From NCBI GenBank assembly GCA_963707635.1, contig OY970173.1, positions 2,272,001-2,336,000 of the forward strand: a DNA stretch of 64,000 nt, written 5' to 3'. The notes under the pieces are model-generated. The model did not search any database. It was not told the origin of the DNA and was given only the letters and a program-made list of their open reading frames with translations. Of this stretch, positions 60,843 to 64,000 are shown piece after piece. The stretch's first letter is position 1, and every line of letters starts with the position of its first letter. Made by a program: the position numbers and the translations under genes. The DNA is from Candidatus Latescibacterota bacterium (GTDB lineage: Bacteria > Krumholzibacteriota > Krumholzibacteriia > WVZY01 > JAKEHA01).

Positions 60843-62498
60843 CTACGTGTCGGGGAGCGGAATCTTGTCGACCGTGAGCAGTGTCCGCGCCATCACGTCC
60901 GCCGGGTGGCGCCCGATGAACTTGCGCAGTTCCCGGTCCGCGTCCCGTCCCCGCCCCTCACGCCGCAACGCCACCACCAGCCCGAAGACCGCGCCGGGAA
61001 AGTCCGGATTGATCGCCATCGCCTGCCCGTAGGCCGCCTTCGCCAACCCGGCGTCTTCCGTGCGCAGCAGCACGTCGCCGCGGATCTTGTGCAGGTCCGC
61101 GAAGTCGGGATGGGCGTCGATCGCGGCGTGAATCTCGCGCAGCGCGCCGGCGTGGTCCCCGCGGCGCGATAGCACCAGCGCGAGCTTCTTGCGCGCATCC
61201 ACGTAGCCGGCGTTGATCGCCAGCGTTTCCTGGAGGCAGCGCTCCGCTTCGTCCAGGCGTCCGAGCTCCATCAGCGCCGTCCCCAGCAGACAACGCGCGT
61301 CCGCGTGGCGCGGCACCCGGTCCAGCACCGCCTCGAACTCGGCAACCGCGACGGCCCAGTCGCCCACGCCGAGCGCGTGCAGGCCGCGTTCGAGGTGCGC
61401 CGCGAAGAGGTCCGGCTTGAGCTCGATGGCGGTGCGAAGCGCGACACCGGCGCGCTCGCTCTCGCCCAGCGCGTGGCAGGCGAGGCCGAGCAGGTAGTGC
61501 GCCTTCGCATACGACGGGGCGACGGCCAGCGCCCGCTCCAGCAACTCACGCGCCCGCTCGAATTCCCCGAGCGCGAGGCGGGTGAGCCCCGCCTGGCAGA
61601 GCACGTCGGCGAACTCGGGCTGCGACGCGAGCGCGCGGTCGAGCTCGTCGGCGCTCGCCGCGTACTCCGCGATCCGAAACCACGCCACCGCCAGGCAATA
61701 GCGGGCCTCGGTGTACCCCGGGTTGATCTCGAGCGCGCGCTGGAACGAGGCCACCGCGTCTTCCCCGCGCCCCGCCTCGAGCCGCGCCATCCCCAGGCGC
61801 GCGTGCAAATCCGCGTAGCCGGGGTGCTCGGCCACCGCCGCGGCAAACAGCGCGCAGGCGCGCTCGTAGTCGCCGGCGTTGAACGCGTTGGTCGCCTCGC
61901 GGACCGATTCGGCGTAGCCGCCGCTCTCGCTCACCAGCCCGCGCAGTTCCTGCAGGGCGGGAAGGTCGAAGGCGCGCGCGTCGAGCTTCTCGACCAGCAC
62001 GCGGGAGAGCGGGTGCGGGGTGCGCCGGACGATGTCGAGGGCGCGGCCCAGCATTTCCGAGGCACGGTCGAAGTAGCCCGCGTCGTAGCAGGCGATGCCG
62101 AGCAGGCAGATCGCCTCCGCGTACTCGGGGTTGATGTCGAGCGCGCGGGTCAGCGAGTCGATGGCGGCGGAGAGATTCCCGGCCTGGTGCTCGACGGCGC
62201 CGAGGTAGAAATAGAGGTCGGGGTAGCGGGGATTCTCTTCGAGGGCGACGGAGAAGTGGGCACGCGCCCGGTCGAGTTCACCGCGGTGGAAGTGGGCCAC
62301 GCCGAGTTTGGCGTGCGCCTCCGCCGCGTAGAAGGCGCCCAGTTTGGCGAAGGGGTTGGCGTGCCGGGCGCCGCCCGCGACCACTTCCTCGAGCACACGC
62401 GCGGCCTCGTCGTAGTTGCCTTCGTTGAAAAGACGAATGCCGCGATGGTAATGGTCGCCGGCGGTGCCCCTCAACAACCGAGTCCAGAACGACACCAA
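60843..62498 (-). CDS. TPR-repeat protein
   Basis: Many TPRs with recurrent P.(Y/F)AD motifs; GGAGG SD; downstream of ftsZ. Confidence 0.88.
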   Translation of the reverse strand: MVSFWTRLLRGTAGDHYHRGIRLFNEGNYDEAARVLEEVVAGGARHANPFAKLGAFYAAEAHAKLGVAHFHRGELDRARAHFSVALEENPRYPDLYFYLGAVEHQAGNLSAAIDSLTRALDINPEYAEAICLLGIACYDAGYFDRASEMLGRALDIVRRTPHPLSRVLVEKLDARAFDLPALQELRGLVSESGGYAESVREATNAFNAGDYERACALFAAAVAEHPGYADLHARLGMARLEAGRGEDAVASFQRALEINPGYTEARYCLAVAWFRIAEYAASADELDRALASQPEFADVLCQAGLTRLALGEFERARELLERALAVAPSYAKAHYLLGLACHALGESERAGVALRTAIELKPDLFAAHLERGLHALGVGDWAVAVAEFEAVLDRVPRHADARCLLGTALMELGRLDEAERCLQETLAINAGYVDARKKLALVLSRRGDHAGALREIHAAIDAHPDFADLHKIRGDVLLRTEDAGLAKAAYGQAMAINPDFPGAVFGLVVALRREGRGRDADRELRKFIGRHPADVMARTLLTVDKIPLPDT

Positions 62499-62513
62499 CC
62501 CTCCGTGCGGTGG

Positions 62514-63812
62514 TCAGTCCATCTGCTTGCGAACGAACGTCGGCACGCGGAACACCTCGGGGTTGAACGAACGAATCGATCCGTTGTCCATGATCACCGG
62601 GGTGTCTTCCTCTTCGCCGGGCTCGGCCGTGAACTCGATCACGGAGTCGCCGCGCGCGAGTATTTCCGGGAAGCTGATGACCGGCTCCCGCTTGTCGGCG
62701 GGTTCCACCAGCGGGACGCGGGCCGGGATCGGCGGCGTCTCGACGCGCCGCGGCGCGTCGACCGGGCGCGCATCCGTGGCCGGCGTTTCCGCCGGCCAGG
62801 GGGCGCTCGCGCGCGCCTCGCGCGCCGCCTTCACGGCCGAGGCACGCCCCGCGTGCCGGTCGAACCCGGTCGCGATCACGGTCACGTGCACTTCCCCCTC
62901 CGGCATCGCTTCGTCGATCACCGTGCCCAGAAACACGTGCGCACCCGCACCGGCCTCGGCGTTGATCACCGTCGCCGCGCGGCTGATCTGGCGGATGCCC
63001 AGCGAACGGGGGCCGGTGATGTTGACGAGGATCGCGGTGGCGCCCTCGATCGACACGTCGTCCAGAAGCGGGCTGTGAATGGCGCTGCGGGCGGCGTCCT
63101 CGGCGGCGTTCGGCCCCGAGGCGACCCCGGTCCCCATCAGCGCGTTGCCGCCGTTGCGCATGACGCTGCGCACGTCGGCGAAGTCCAGGTTCACGACTCC
63201 GGTCTCGGTGACCAGCGCCGAGATGCCGCGGGTCGCATTGCACAGCACCTCGTCGGCGCGCGCGAACGCGTCGAGCATCGAGGTGCTGTCGTCCGACGTC
63301 TCCAGCAGCTTGTCGTTGGGGATCACGATCAGGGTGTCGACCGCTTCCTTGAGCGCCTCGATGCCGGCCTCGGCCTGGCGCAGGCGCGGCGTCCCTTCGA
63401 AGAAGAAGGGGCGCGTCACGATTCCCACCGTGAGCGCGCCGCACTCGCGCGCCAGCTGCGCCACGATCGGCCCCGCGCCGGTCCCGGTGCCCCCGCCCAT
63501 GCCGGCGGTGATGAACACCATGTCGGCGCTGCCCACCACGTCGCGGATGGCGGCCACACTCTCCTCGGCAGACTCGCGCCCGATGCGCGGGTCGCCGCCC
63601 GAGCCCAGGCCGCGGGTCAGGTTCTCTCCGATCTGCACCTTGCCGACCGCCTGCGACTCGCGCAGCACCTGCAGGTCGGTGTTCACGGCCACGAAATCGA
63701 CGCCCTTGAATCCCGCCGCAACCATTCGATTGACGGCGTTGCCGCCGGCACCGCCGACGCCGATGACCCGCAGGATGGTGAGTTTTTTTTCTTCTTCGAG
63801 CTCGAAGCGCAT
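62514..63812 (-). CDS. ftsZ: Cell division protein FtsZ
   Basis: [36 protein letters not shown]-terminal [15 protein letters not shown]. Confidence 0.98.
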   Translation of the reverse strand: MRFELEEEKKLTILRVIGVGGAGGNAVNRMVAAGFKGVDFVAVNTDLQVLRESQAVGKVQIGENLTRGLGSGGDPRIGRESAEESVAAIRDVVGSADMVFITAGMGGGTGTGAGPIVAQLARECGALTVGIVTRPFFFEGTPRLRQAEAGIEALKEAVDTLIVIPNDKLLETSDDSTSMLDAFARADEVLCNATRGISALVTETGVVNLDFADVRSVMRNGGNALMGTGVASGPNAAEDAARSAIHSPLLDDVSIEGATAILVNITGPRSLGIRQISRAATVINAEAGAGAHVFLGTVIDEAMPEGEVHVTVIATGFDRHAGRASAVKAAREARASAPWPAETPATDARPVDAPRRVETPPIPARVPLVEPADKREPVISFPEILARGDSVIEFTAEPGEEEDTPVIMDNGSIRSFNPEVFRVPTFVRKQMD

Positions 63813-63828
63813 GACGACTCCTTCTTGG

Positions 63829-64000
63829 TCAGATAAAACTCGCGATGGCGCGCCTGACCTGGTGAAACCCGAGCGCAAAGCGACCCGACCGCTCCGGGGC
63901 GGAGTCGCCGAACACCACCGCGGGCGCCAGCGCCCGCAGCAACCCGGCCCCCGTGGCGAACCGCGGGTGTGCGACGACTTCCGACAAGCCGTCCAGCCCG
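63829..64000 (-). CDS. ftsA: Cell division protein FtsA, 3' end (partial)
   Basis: Manual translation [21 protein letters not shown]...[12 protein letters not shown]; FtsA-like motif plus amphipathic tail, directly upstream of ftsZ. Confidence 0.8.
   Translation of the reverse strand, partial: GLDGLSEVVAHPRFATGAGLLRALAPAVVFGDSAPERSGRFALGFHQVRRAIASFI

Overview
Very GC-rich (roughly 70% by eye), gene-dense core-genome segment of a diderm bacterium, with most genes on the minus strand. It carries Bacteroidota-type T9SS components (porU-porV, cargo with 'NYPNPF' C-terminal domains) but uses ordinary Shine-Dalgarno sites and TTGACA/TATAAT-like promoters. This points by inference to a non-Bacteroidota FCB lineage such as Krumholzibacteriota, Latescibacterota or Eisenbacteria. 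Housekeeping content: hutHUI, accA, dnaE, a SurA/PpiD-like chaperone, tatA, folB-folK-dNK-panB-panC-glmU(N-domain only)-HIT, groESL with a CIRCE element, coaX-birA-nadC-uvrB, valS, ada, recG, rpmB, ftsZ and the 3' end of ftsA. Six genes or sites show single-base frameshifts, probably sequencing errors. Highlights: (i) a roughly 13 kb T9SS-like/outer-membrane locus (porU, porV, two tandem paralogous exported proteins, an NHL propeller, a 1130-aa barrel with SprA-like motifs and an Omp85 paralogue); (ii) an unannotated rod-shaped small RNA of about 117 nt with its own sigma70 promoter and U-tract downstream of rpmB; (iii) an orphan MglA-like GTPase with a long tail under a sigma54-type promoter; (iv) a 66-bp-period palindromic intergenic repeat; (v) several candidate operators. 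No tRNA, rRNA, CRISPR array or mobile element was seen.
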